64,000 nt of DNA. It comes from Felis catus. Its lineage: Eukaryota. The notes beneath the pieces are model-generated. The model ran no database searches, was not told where the DNA came from, and was given only the letters and a program-made list of their open reading frames with translations. Of the stretch, positions 50,189-61,272 are shown one piece after another. The DNA lies in the NCBI RefSeq assembly GCF_018350175.1, contig NC_058372.1:48052001-48116000 (forward strand), given 5' to 3'. Both the position numbers and the translations under genes were made by a program. The first letter of the stretch is position 1, and every line of letters starts with the position of its first letter.

Positions 50189-50835
50189 CTGCTGCTCTCT
50201 GATGTTGCTTAAATTTGGGGATTTCATAAGGCATTTCCACAGAATGACTGTCCCAAGGAACAAAACTAGGATTCCAGGGCGGGACTATCTCCTGCTAGTA
50301 TTTTTAAATCTTTACCTGTATGTTGTTTTCTCTTATAAAGAGGAGATAACAAATGTGATAAATTTTTGAGAATTTTTCAAAAATTATATAAATGCAAGGA
50401 ATTATTTCTTTTGTTAAAGTGAAGAGGAAGTAGGTAGGCATGTCTACACTCCATTTAACCCACAGTCTTCTTCTTGCTTCATATATAAAGTCTCTGGGGG
50501 CCCAAGTAGTGGGAAAGGTTCCTGTTACCAAATTCAATAGTGAGTCTGTCTGCTTTTTTTGGCTATCCTTTCAGCTACCAATTCATCAAATTTCACAGGT
50601 TTGCATATAATGTCAATACCAAATGGACCCAAAGAATCTGGATATTTCATCATGAAAACAAATGTAGAGTGGGAGAAGAGGAGCAAGAGGAGAAACCTTT
50701 ATGTAGACTGAATGAATTTGAATAGGATCTTAATAACAAGGCTAAAATAACAAAAACAATAGCAAAATGCCAATTTGAAAGGCAAGTACTTGTACAGTTA
50801 ATACTTCTCTTCCCAAAACAAATGGACAGTCTTCT

Positions 50836-51034
50836 GAAGCACCTGGGTGGCTCAGTCGATTGAGCATCCGACTCTTGATTTCAGCTCCAATCATGATCCC
50901 AAGGTTGTAGCATTGAGCCCCACATCAGGCTCCATGCTGAATGTGGAGCCTGCTTAAGATTCTCTCTCTGTCCCTCTGAACCTCTTCCCTGCTAGCACTC
51001 TCTCTAAAATAAAATTTTAACAAACAAAAGAATC
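50836..51034 (+). mobile_element. Can-SINE (older subtype)
   Basis: TSD CAAATGGACAGTCTTC (50819-50834) / CAAATGGACAGTGTTC (51035-51050). Confidence 0.93.
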
Positions 51035-51079
51035 CAAATGGACAGTGTTCCTCAAATACTTGCATTGTGTCTTTCTCAT

Positions 51080-51975
51080 GTTGAGAAGGACTCAACATCA
51101 CTTCTTGGTATTCCTAAAAAAAATACATGATCTGAATCTAATCATTAGGAAATACTAAACAAACCCAAAATGAAAAGTAATCTCTACTCTTCCAAATTAT
51201 TGAGGAATGGCCTGTAGTCTTCTAAAATATTAATGTCGTAAAAGACAAGAGAGATTTGTCTTTTCTGATGAAAGATAAACTGCCTCCCCACCCCCACCTC
51301 AGCCAACAAACAAGAATATAAAGAAGCAATATGGACACTTTTGGATTCTGGGACTGAAATTTTTCTTTTGCTATAAAGACACTGTGGCATGAAATTTGAA
51401 CGATCTTTATAGATCAGATCTGTATAGATGTACATTAATGTTAATTTCTTGATCTATTATACTGTGGTATGTCAGAAGATATTCTTGCTTTTAGAAAATA
51501 CACTAAACCATTTGGAAGTAAAAGGACACTGATTCTTCAACTTACTCGCAAATTTTTCAGGCACGTGCACACACACATACACACACATAGAAAGAGATAC
51601 ACCCAGAAAGGAAGAAAGGAATAGAGATAAAGAACAAGCCAAAGATGGGGCACAGGTGGCTCAGTTGGTGAAGTGTCTGACTCTTGATTTTGATTCAAGT
51701 CATGATACCAGGATCATGGGATTGATCCTTGCATTGGGCTCCAAGCACGGAGCCTGGTTAAGAGTCTCTGCCCCTCCCCCACTCATTCTTTTCTTTCTCT
51801 CTCTCTCTCTCTCTCTCTCAAAAAAAAAAAAAAGAACAAGACAAACAGAATGAGAAAGTAAGTATGATAAAATATTAGCCATATATAGAGACTGTAGGTA
51901 AATTATACATGGAAAGTCTTTGTACTACTTTTGCAAATTTTCTGTGTATCTGAAATTATTTCAAAATCAAAAGTT
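51080..51975 (+). mobile_element. L1MC4-like 3' UTR
   Basis: CAACATCACTTCT...CTGAATCTAATCATTAGGAAA...AAACCCAAAATGA; TTTGTACTACTTTTGCAAATTTTCTGTGTATCTGAAATTATTTCAAAAT. Confidence 0.8.
51647..51830 (+). mobile_element. Can-SINE nested in L1MC4
   Basis: Near-TSD AAAGAACAAGCCAAA / AAAGAACAAGACAAA. Confidence 0.9.
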
Positions 51976-52305
51976 AGAGGAAAAAGTCAAAAAAATCCCT
52001 CATTCATGAGACTCATATCTCCTGACCAAGATGAAGCTTTTCCCCTCTCCCTACAGCACCCAGCCCTCGACCAGGCACATTAAGCATTCTGTATAACATT
52101 CTGGCTGGCACAGAGAAGGATCTAAGTGCACATAACTTAACCCAAAATTGAAGCCTACAGATTAGATTCCACTCATAAACACGCTTTATTTGTCTCCCTC
52201 CATGTTCTGACATCTGCAGTTTTCAGCAGATAACAAATCTGGAGATTTCACTTGAAAAAAAAATCACACTTGAGGGCTTCTTCTCTTTAAAGATCAGAAA
52301 ATCGA

Positions 52306-52504
52306 AGCGTCCGACTTCAGCCAGGTCACGATCTCGCGGTCCGTGAGTTCGAGCCCCGCGTCGGGCTCTGGGCTGATGGCTCAGAGCCTGGAGCCTGTTT
52401 CCGATTCTGTGTCTCCCTCTCTCTCTGCCCCTCCCCTGTTCACGCTCTGTCTCTCTCTGTCCCAAAAATAAATAAATGTCGAAAAAAAAATTTTTTTTAA
52501 AAAA
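52306..52504 (+). mobile_element. Young felid Can-SINE, 5'-truncated
   Basis: Starts at AGCGTCCGACTTCAGCCAGG; perfect 17-bp TSD AAAGATCAGAAAATCGA at 52289-52305 and 52505-52521. Confidence 0.96.
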
Positions 52505-53189
52505 AAAGATCAGAAAATCGAGTAACATTGGGCTCACGTGAACTGAGAGCAGCTTCCCTCTTTAGCTCATATGGATGCCATTTCTCCACAGGCCTCACCG
52601 CTTGTTAATTTCTCCCAAACTAAGATCTGGTGTGAATGGCTGTTGATCCTGCTCTTGCACAATTATCTGCCTGTCTTTGTCTAAAGTGAGCAATAGAAGA
52701 GAGGCTGATAGCACTTTGCTCTCAGGCCCCTGTGGGCATTTGAGTTTGAGACTCTTGACTTACCCCATTGTGAGGGTCCGGACTTAGTTTTAAGGCCAGC
52801 AAGATACTTTGGCTCCAACTAAGCCCCCTCTCATCGCTGAGAATTAGAGTTAATTCCCTGTTTGAACAAGCTTGAGGGAACCTTCAATACGTCAATATCT
52901 ACTAGTGATTGAGCAGAAGCTGACAAGGAAGACACTACAGGAAAGAATCATTAGATAGATTTCTTTCTTATTTTCTCTGACAGAGCTAGGAGTCAAATAA
53001 TAAGGTAATGGGAAACAAGGCTTGGCAAGAAGCAGAAAGGTGGAAGAGGTTTATCACCTGGAATCCATGCAAAATGCGAGTCCTAACAGTTTCCGTAATT
53101 AGCTTCTTCCTTCTGTGGGTAAAAAAGATAAGAGAAAACAAGTTTCAGAACAATCTCTCTTCCCCAATAATAGCAAACGGTGTAGCAGT

Positions 53190-53382
53190 TAACTGTATGC
53201 CAGATTCTATTTCTTTATATGGTACATGCAGTCTTTACAACAATGCTGTGAGGTGGGTTACTATCATCATCCCATTTTATGGACAAGAAAACTGAGAAAA
53301 ACATGAATTCACCCATAGTCACACAGGTACATTATGAAGTCAGGATTCTATTCCCAGAGATGACTCTCTTAATCACTACACT
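53190..53382 (-). mobile_element. MIR
   Basis: TTTACAACAATGCTGTGAGGTGGGTTACTATCATCATCCCATTTTATGGACAAGAAAACTGAG...GTCACACAG. Confidence 0.82.
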
Positions 53383-54671
53383 TCTTTTGTAAAAATGGCT
53401 CTGATTAACTATTTGCAGTGAATTCTGAAGCAATTCTGTTAAGGTTCAGATCCTCATGCCCACCACTACTAATGCTTTTAATGAACTTGCATACTACCAG
53501 CTGAGGAGAAACAAAACAGTCACTTTCTATTAAGAATTGAAACCATGACCTAAATGTGTGACAGTTGGTTTTAAGTAACTCTGGGCTGAGGAGACATTTG
53601 ACCGTTGAGGCTCCTAGGAGTACATCTAGGATGGTGTGTCCTAACTTTGGCCTGGGGCCCTCTGTGTGGCTCTCTGAGGCCCAAACTTCCAGAGTAGCCC
53701 TCTGGCCATATTTCTGCAGGTTATAGCTAGGTCTTTCCATCTGAATCTGCTTTCAGAAATGATAAACAGTTGACTACGGATGCTTTGCAGAATTAGAAGC
53801 AATGACCTAGCTAGCAGCTTAGACATACAGGTGGCCTTGTAGACATTTAACAATCTTCACTCCAACAGGTACCCAGAACAGGCTCACCATGTACCATTTG
53901 CTTTGCAGGAAGCAGCTGTTCAGCAGAAAATAAATGTGTTCTTGCTTCCTTAGGAATCTCTCTCCTTTCACAGAGCAGTGCTCACAGAGCAAAAGGTCAG
54001 GAAATTAAAAGACTGCCCAGGGCCTCAGAAGCTCAACCCATTTTGCTCATCCCTCCTTCCTCTGAAACTCTACCCTCTGGATTCCCAAGGTCTGTTTTAT
54101 TTCATGCCTTTTTGCCACTTTGCTGATTTCCTTCAGTGTATTGGGCCGACTTCACGGTCACCAGGTGTCCTCTGTCCTCCCATCAACGGACACTTAAATG
54201 AGCAGATGGTGCAAATGGGCTGGCAGTAATGTGATGCCTGAGCAGGTGGACTGAGAAAGGGAAAGAAAGCAGCTTCAAGGAAAAGGACAGATTGGTTTGG
54301 TGTTTGTACCGCTTAGAATCAGCTAAGTGCAGAGAGAGGTGAGAGGCAACTCTTTTTTTAATGTGGAAGTAAGATCATTTTGTTTAAAAGGAAGAAATGG
54401 ATATAAGAATACAGGGTTCTCATGCTTCTATGTGGCGGAACAATTGGCACAACTTACAAAAGGAGCTTTCTGAGATTTTCAAGGCCTTGTTGGTCAAAAT
54501 GACTTGTCTTTGAAGTGGGCTGGGTAAGAACACCTTTCTCCTCATTTGTTTATTCATCCCATAATGCACTCTATGCCAAGGGCTCTATTAGGGCTTGTAG
54601 GACAGTCCCCACCATCCCTGTGCTCAAAATAATAGTGTTTCAACTAGAAGAAGCCATAAGAGCCTTAAGCC

Positions 54672-54830
54672 CAGGGGTTCTTGAACTGCAACATTTATAG
54701 AAATCACCTGGGAACTATTTCGAATGTGCATTCTGATTCCCAAGGTCTACAGGCCTGAGAGTCTAAGTTCTAACCAGCTTCCAGTGATGCTAATGTTGCC
54801 GGTCCATGGACCACACTTTGAGTAGGGAGG
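54672..54830. mobile_element. MER5A-family MITE
   Basis: CAGGGGTTCTTGAAC...AATCACCTGGG...GTGATGCTAATGTTGCCGGTCCATGGACCACACTTTGAG. Confidence 0.8.
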
Positions 54831-56233
54831 TCTAATCTACTGTGTTGTAGTACAGCTCAGCACAGGAAGTTCCAACTATTAGAGATGTGTCAAGGATCAC
54901 AAAGCCAGTTAGTGACAAAGCTAGGCTTGCGAACCCAGGCTGGACCTTATTCCACAACGATACATGGCTTCAGCAGCAAGGGGGGATCCAGTGCTTTGGC
55001 TCTTCAGTGGCCTCCCTCTCATAAAAATGAGTTGATAATAACTATACTCACCATCTGTTGTCAGGGTTAGTGAGGTAAAATCATTTAGGCGATTCAAACA
55101 AAAGATTATCTTTACCAATTATCCTTTGTAGTCTGAATCCAAACCACAGAAATCCTGACAATCTTTCTATTGCCAGATGCTCAATCTATCTGCAAATTTT
55201 CATTGAAGCACAACTTGTTTGCAAAATGTAAAATTAGAAGTGACAGACAGATCTATTTTTATAAATCTTAGTCTGTCTATTTTGAGGCTCTGCATTTTAA
55301 AAGAAGAATTGAGGCCAGCTGTTGAACTTGGCTGAAATATCTAATGATGCTACTCTATTTCCTTGTAATTTATAAGATATAGCCATTTCCCCCCAGTATT
55401 AAAAATACGCACTGTGATGTAGGGCACCTAGGTAATCATTTCAGTCCTACAGGGGACATGTTTTTTAGCCTGGTGTTTGTTAGATTAAGGCTGAGAAAGT
55501 GGCTGTGGTTGGGTAATTCGTGATTTCCTAGAAACAGAGTACCGGCTTAAATTTACTTTCCATGTGACTTTAAATAAAACACTGTACTGTCTAGACTTAA
55601 GTTTTTTCATGTGTTAAATAGAGATAAAATGGCTTATTTCCTTGTTCACCCAACTATTAAATTTGAATGTCTTGTAGTTAAAAATAATGCCTTGCACTTA
55701 AAAACAAGCATCACAACAGGAAATTTAGACTTCAAAGAGAGCCTTAACCATATATGGAACTTTACTTCAATTTGTGTAGAATCAATGTCTCAATCAACTG
55801 ATATTCACTAAGCTGTTCCTACATGCGAAGTAATGCAATCAAAATAGGGGTCTTAATGTTTCATGGGCCTTGGTCTCCAACTAAAACAAGTTCCAGCACA
55901 TTCTTATTTAAGATATAATTAGAATCATAACTAAATGATGAAACACTAAGACATCCAAGTCATTTATAATGTCAGTAGACATAAAATTTCCAGTGGAATT
56001 CAACAACAAAAAGGTGGACACTGAGAGTGAAGTTCTGATAGCCACCATATATGGTCTATTAACAGAACTGGAGGGCACTCGAACAAAAATGTGCCCCATC
56101 TTCCTGGCTTTTTGTCACGGTCAGTAATCAGACATTCTTCTGAAGCTAAATGGTCTTAATTTGTATAATGGCTTCTCTTTTGTTTATTTGTTTAAACCCT
56201 GCTAATTGATTGCTTCAAACTATGTCTTCTCTT

Positions 56234-56662
56234 GGGGCGCCTGGGTGGCGCAGTCGGTTAAGCGTCCGACTTCAGCCAGGTCACGATCTCGCGGTCCGGG
56301 AGTTCGAGCCCCGCGTCAGGCTCTGGGCTGATGGCTCGGAGCCTGGAGCCTGTTTCCGATTCTGTGTCTCCCTCTCTCTCTGCCCCTCCCCCGTTCATGC
56401 TCTGTCTCTCTCTGTCTCAGAAATAAATAAATGTTGGGGCGCCTGGGTGGCTCAGTCAGTTGAGCATCTGACTTCAGCCAGGTCACTATCTCGCGGTCTG
56501 TGAGTTCGAGCCCCGCGTCGGGCTCTGGGCTGATGGCTCAGAGCCTGGAGCCTGTTTCCGATTCTGTGCCTCCCTCTCTCTCTGCCCCTCCCCCGTTCAA
56601 GCTCTGTCTCTCTCTGTCCCAAAAATAAATAAACGTTGAAAAAAAAAATTAAAAAAAAAAAA
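56234..56662 (+). mobile_element. Head-to-tail dimer of young Can-SINEs (56234-56435, 56436-56662)
   Basis: Junction AAATAAATAAATGTT|GGGGCGCC; single flanking repeat TCTTCTCTT at 56225-56233 and 56663-56671. Confidence 0.93.
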
Positions 56663-56713
56663 TCTTCTCTTTTGATCATTGATTCCATTCTTTAGCCAAT
56701 GTAGGTCTTTTTA

Positions 56714-56919
56714 TATTTATTGGGGTTTTTTTAGGTTTATTTATTTTCAGAGAGAGAACATGCAAGCAGGGGAGGGGCAGAGAGAGAGAGAAACCCAAGG
56801 AGGTTCCTCACTGTCAGCACAGAGCCTCATTCAAGGCTTGAACTCAGAAACCATGAGATCATGACCTGAGCCAAAATCAAGAGTTAGATGCTTAACCAAA
56901 TGAGCCACCCAGGCACCCC
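56714..56919 (-). mobile_element. Can-SINE (older)
   Basis: Degenerate TSD CCAATGTAGGTCTTTTTA / CCAACGTAGGCCCTTTTTA. Confidence 0.92.
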
Positions 56920-57799
56920 CAACGTAGGCCCTTTTTAATAGGAACCCACTTCATCTCCTCCTCACCTTTCCCAAAGCTCCTCGACCTGACTTCCAAATAG
57001 GTACGTAAAACTTACAGGTAAACTGCAGTTTTCCAGTCAGAAAGCCTAGTTTCCTTCCAGCCTTCCGTGATAATAATAGGTAGCAAAATTGGGAGGAGAC
57101 TAACAAAAAGCACATTACATGTGCATGTCAGTTTAAAATGTTCAAATGTGTCTCAAGAGGAAATATGGCATATCTAATTCATACAGTAACCCATGTGGAA
57201 GGCAATAATTCTTCCTCCCATTCTAGAGATGATGTTACATCTAATGCACAACTGGCCTAAGGTCTCATAGTCTGAACCTCAACTTTGTCTAAATTTTCTG
57301 ATCTTCCTGCTATATCACATTCTAAGTCCCTCATTTTCCTCTCCTTCCTGCATTCTTCCTTATTCTCCTTCTCTTCCTTCTTACCTTCTTCATTATCTTC
57401 CTAAGATTAAGAAGAGACTTTTTGATTCACCTTACCATCTTTCCTGGCAGGTCTCAGCCCCAAGGTTTAGAGGAGGCTAAGGTTCTTTCTAGATTTAGCA
57501 TCATCAATCCCTGAGCCTGTCGAGAGCAAGAGATTTATTTAAAGATATTTTAGGCTTTGGGATGACCCTCAAAAATAGGTGGTCAGAGTTGATCCTGAAG
57601 AGAGAGAGGGATAGATAACTGCGTTATTTTCTTTCCTGCATTTTTCCTATCAAATCCTACTCAAAATTCTTTGCCGTATTTGATATATTTTTAAAAACCC
57701 TTGGTCTTTTCTTGTCCACGTAAAGAACTTCAATCCAACTTTTCTCTCTTTCTTAGCTTCTTTATAGATGCAGAATTACAAAGCATATCATCTAGTGAA

Positions 57800-57907
57800 G
57801 ACCTGAGTGGTCTTAGTGATTACCATAGCAACTCCTCCCCCATCCAAAGTAGCAAAGTACCTGAATATAGTAAGTGATCACTTAATGTTGTTTAATGAAT
57901 GGATAAT
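57800..57907 (+). mobile_element. L2 3' end
   Basis: TAGCAAAGTACCTGAATATAGTAAGTG...AATGTTGTTTAATGAATGGAT. Confidence 0.55.
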
Positions 57908-58002
57908 TATTATATAATACAAGAAGATTAGAGTTCATATAAAACAGAGTTCAGTATCCATATACAGTAATTCTGTACCAAATTTATCATTTGGGTGTAA
58001 GT

Positions 58003-58238
58003 AGTGGTTCCTATAACTAGGGGTGTTTCTGTACACATGCACACACACACACACATCAAAGACATTTGGCAATGTCAGGAGACAATTTAGTTTTCACAAT
58101 TAAGGGAAAGTTGTTATGGGCATCTAATGAGTAGAGGCCAGAGATTCTTCTAAACAGCTCTGCTACACACACACAGAGCAAAAGACTATTCAGTGCAAAA
58201 AAAAAAAAAAAATCCACAACACAATATTGAGGAACCCT
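58003..58238. mobile_element. MER20 hAT-Charlie MITE
   Basis: GACATTTGGCAATGTCAGGAGACA...GGCATCTAATGAGTAGAGGCCAGAGAT...TTGAGGAACCCT. Confidence 0.85.
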
Positions 58239-58491
58239 AATACAAAGATATTTAAGTAAAGGGACCCTAGAAAGACTTCAGTCATCTTGACTTCAATCCT
58301 GAAAGTGTGTGTTCTGTGCTTAGTACTCAAGCACACTGCACTGAGCCCAGAGTTACTGACTGATGCTCTCCAGACAGCACAGGTTCCCTCTTATGCCCCC
58401 AAGAATCTCACAATCACAATGTGACAGATGCAACAGATTGTGTTATGAGCCCATGAGATAAGGTACCTGCCAGACCTGCCACATCTTCTGA

Positions 58492-58690
58492 GGCAGTGTG
58501 GTGCATTCAGAAGAGGGCATTCTATGACAGAGCTGGGTTGGAATCCCCATGCTGCAACTTTGTTAGCTGAACAGATTTGAGTAAATCACTGAAAGTCTCT
58601 GAGCCACAGTTTTGATAAAACAGGGATAACTCCAAGATTCCAAGGTTGCTATGAGTGTACAAAAGAAAATGATAAAGTGCCTGGACACTT
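58492..58690 (+). mobile_element. MIR
   Basis: GGCAGTGTGGTG...CTGGGTTGGAATCCC...TAGCTG...TTGAGTAAATCACT...TCTCTGAGCCACAGTTT. Confidence 0.75.
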
Positions 58691-58694
58691 TATC

Positions 58695-58736
58695 CATATT
58701 TGAAAACAAAAATGGTGCATATTTGAAAACAAAAAT
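58695..58736 (+). repeat. 19-bp direct repeat CATATTTGAAAACAAAAAT
   Basis: Copies at 58695-58713 and 58718-58736. Confidence 0.88.
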
Positions 58737-58867
58737 AAGGCAGCTAGTAGCATTTTCTCTGACTCTGATTTTACAAACTTCACTGCTTTAGACCCATCGG
58801 TACTTGTATTCACGCCACAGTAAGGACTACCTTTCTAAAAATGTATAGAGATTTAGTCCAACTCACT

Positions 58868-59175
58868 GTAGTTGATTTTATTATTACCCAAAGTATTTAC
58901 TATCCCTCCTCAAGAGAGGATTATATATCCCACCTCACTGACATCATTGGAAATCAAGTGGTACGTAAGTGGGATGAAAACCACTCCCAAGGTTCTGCCA
59001 TGTTGTATCCTCTCTGTCACAAAGATAGGCCACGTCCCAGAGAAAGTCAGTTCCTTCCACTTAATATTTTAATGAAGTCAATAGGGAGCCATAGTTAATC
59101 CACAAGACATGCACTGACAGTAAGAAATAAGCCTTTGCTAAGTATCTAAGGTTTAGGGGTTGTTTTTCCCATGTT
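58868..59175 (+). mobile_element. MLT1-type MaLR LTR, decayed
   Basis: TG start; GAGAGGATTATATATCCCACCTCACTGAC...AAGAAATAAGCCTTTG...TTTAGGGGTTGTTT. Confidence 0.6.
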
Positions 59176-59859
59176 AATTTCACTAGGTTGAATGAAATTG
59201 CCACCAATTGCTCAACCAGAAATATAAAACTCCCTTCTAGTCTAGGAAATCTGGCACCATGTAGGTGACAGTTTACTGGGAGGCTAAATGCTAAAAAAGA
59301 CAGGGTGTAAAGTCTTCTCAGCCTAGGGTCCATGAAAAGCTCCATGACTTGGAATAGAACCAATTCCTTGGTACTGAAAACATTGACTATTAAAGCCAGA
59401 ATCAGAACACGGCATGTGGACTTGTCCTTCGTTTTTTTGCTCGAAAATTTGGTTTTCAGCCTTCTTCAAATTTACCTGGCCCTTGGGAAGTCCTTGCTTA
59501 TCTTAAATGGGCTTCACTTTATGGAGTAATTCAGAAAGTTGCCAATGACCAAAATCAATTTATTATACATAACCACGTGTGCATAATGTGTCTTCTTTCA
59601 ATTACCTGTTAGTACATAATTCTCTCAACAACCTGATTATTAGCTTCTCCTCCAAACTTCACTTATTTCTAGAAGAGTTGTAATTGCTTAACAGCTTCTT
59701 CTAAGGACTCATGATTGCCTCTCAGGAAATGTCACTACATGGTGAGAAAGTCCACAACATGGTGAGAAAAAAATAAGTTTGTAGATGCCCTTTTTCCCTT
59801 CTCTATTGAAAAAAAAAAGAAAGAAAGAAAGAAAGAAAAAATCATTTTCCTCTCTGCCA

Positions 59860-60220
59860 ACTGATTATGCAGACACGTTGTTTGAAAGCTTGCATAATTT
59901 ACATTAGCATGCTTAAGATCTCAGGTGACTATGCCTTTGAGGCCAGCATGCTAACCCCAGTGGGCCGATTTGATATTCTTCCCAATATCTGACCCTTTTT
60001 TCCTTGTTAATTACAGGCAGACTTCCCTGGTCTGGCCCTGGATCTGCACCTGTTTCCCATCTTTGAGCAGCTGCTAATTAGGTTGAAAATGGTGGGGCTG
60101 GGCAGTGCAGGCCACACATGCCTCATCAGGCTATTGATCAGGCTGGCATACCACACGGGCAGTAATGGAGGCTGTACAACCCAATTCCAAAATAAAAGCC
60201 ATTCTTGGAGTTGCATGTTT
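59860..60220. promoter_or_regulatory. Candidate homeobox-motif-rich enhancer
   Basis: TGCATAATTTA, TTAATTA, CAGCTG abutting CTAATTAG in unique sequence. Confidence 0.3.
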
Positions 60221-60589
60221 GAATCTGAGCATACTCCAGGCTCTACACCAAATATAAAACATGTGAAAAGAAGAGACCTTTTAGTTTCAAAATAAAGTTT
60301 TTCTTTGAAATGCCAAGTAGGCCCCTAACTACTATTTGCTTCTCATTCGATTCTTTTAATTTGGAGTAAGAAAAACTAAAGAAAACTTCTTTTTGGAACA
60401 AGATATGTATATTTGTGTGGAAATAATTTAAAAGATATATGAATACGAATTATATGTTTGACAAAATCCTTATTCAACATCCCCATTCGGCCTTGTGCAT
60501 AACACAGTTACGTGGAGCTTCGCACTTCATCATGATTTAGGGCTTGGGTAACTATGAACATGTAAAACAATGATTACCAAAAGGACATG

Positions 60590-61272
60590 ACAGCTCTCTA
60601 CAGGTAGTTTTAGAAATGGGTAGGGGTGTTTTGGGGTTGTCATAATGATTAAGGGGTGCTACTGGCAGTTAGTGAGTGGATACCATGTATTCACACAACG
60701 ATAATTTGTCCAACATCTGTTACAAACCACAAATAATGGACCAGGTTAAAATCACTTTACAAATATCTGTATCTAGAACCTAAGTCCATTTCATATATAA
60801 ATATAAAACTTTTGCAACTTTAATATACTGAATTTTAGTATCTTAAATTTTCCAAGAATGCAAATCCAGAGAAAATTAAGCTTTATTTGGTTTGAAATTT
60901 TCCTAGAGTTATTCAGTGTTTTGAAGAGCACATCACTATTCTGATATTTTAGTTACCAATAAGTCACATCATAACATTTCTTTATTTGTAGCTTCTGTAT
61001 TCACAATTCTATGTACAGCTGTAGCACCTGACTACCTCATCGTATCATCTAGTGTAGTCGAGCCTAAGCATTTACATACTGAAAAAATATACATTATTTT
61101 TATATACTATTCCTTGGATATTACAGTTAGATTATTATATTGATTGTTTAATTTCATTGATTTTTTTTTAATTTATATTATCTATAATTTTCACTCAAGG
61201 ACAGTAAAGAGAAGATTACAAACGATTTATCATGAAAAGGGAAGGTTGGGTCTGTTAGAACAAGAGTCACTG
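60590..61272. mobile_element. MER20B-like hAT-Charlie element
   Basis: GGGGTGTTTTGGGGTTGTCATAATGATTAAGGGGTGCTACTGGCAGTTAG ... GAAAAGGGAAGGTTGGGTCTGTTAG...CACTG. Confidence 0.7.

Noticed and set aside
8..56864. Recurrent ORFs of the MAQSVK...LEPASDSVSPSLS or ...RFCVSLSLCPSP type
   Set aside because: All are translations of Can-SINE copies, not a gene family
57330..57402. Polypyrimidine tract as possible triplex DNA
   Set aside because: Interrupted by several purines and lacks clear mirror symmetry
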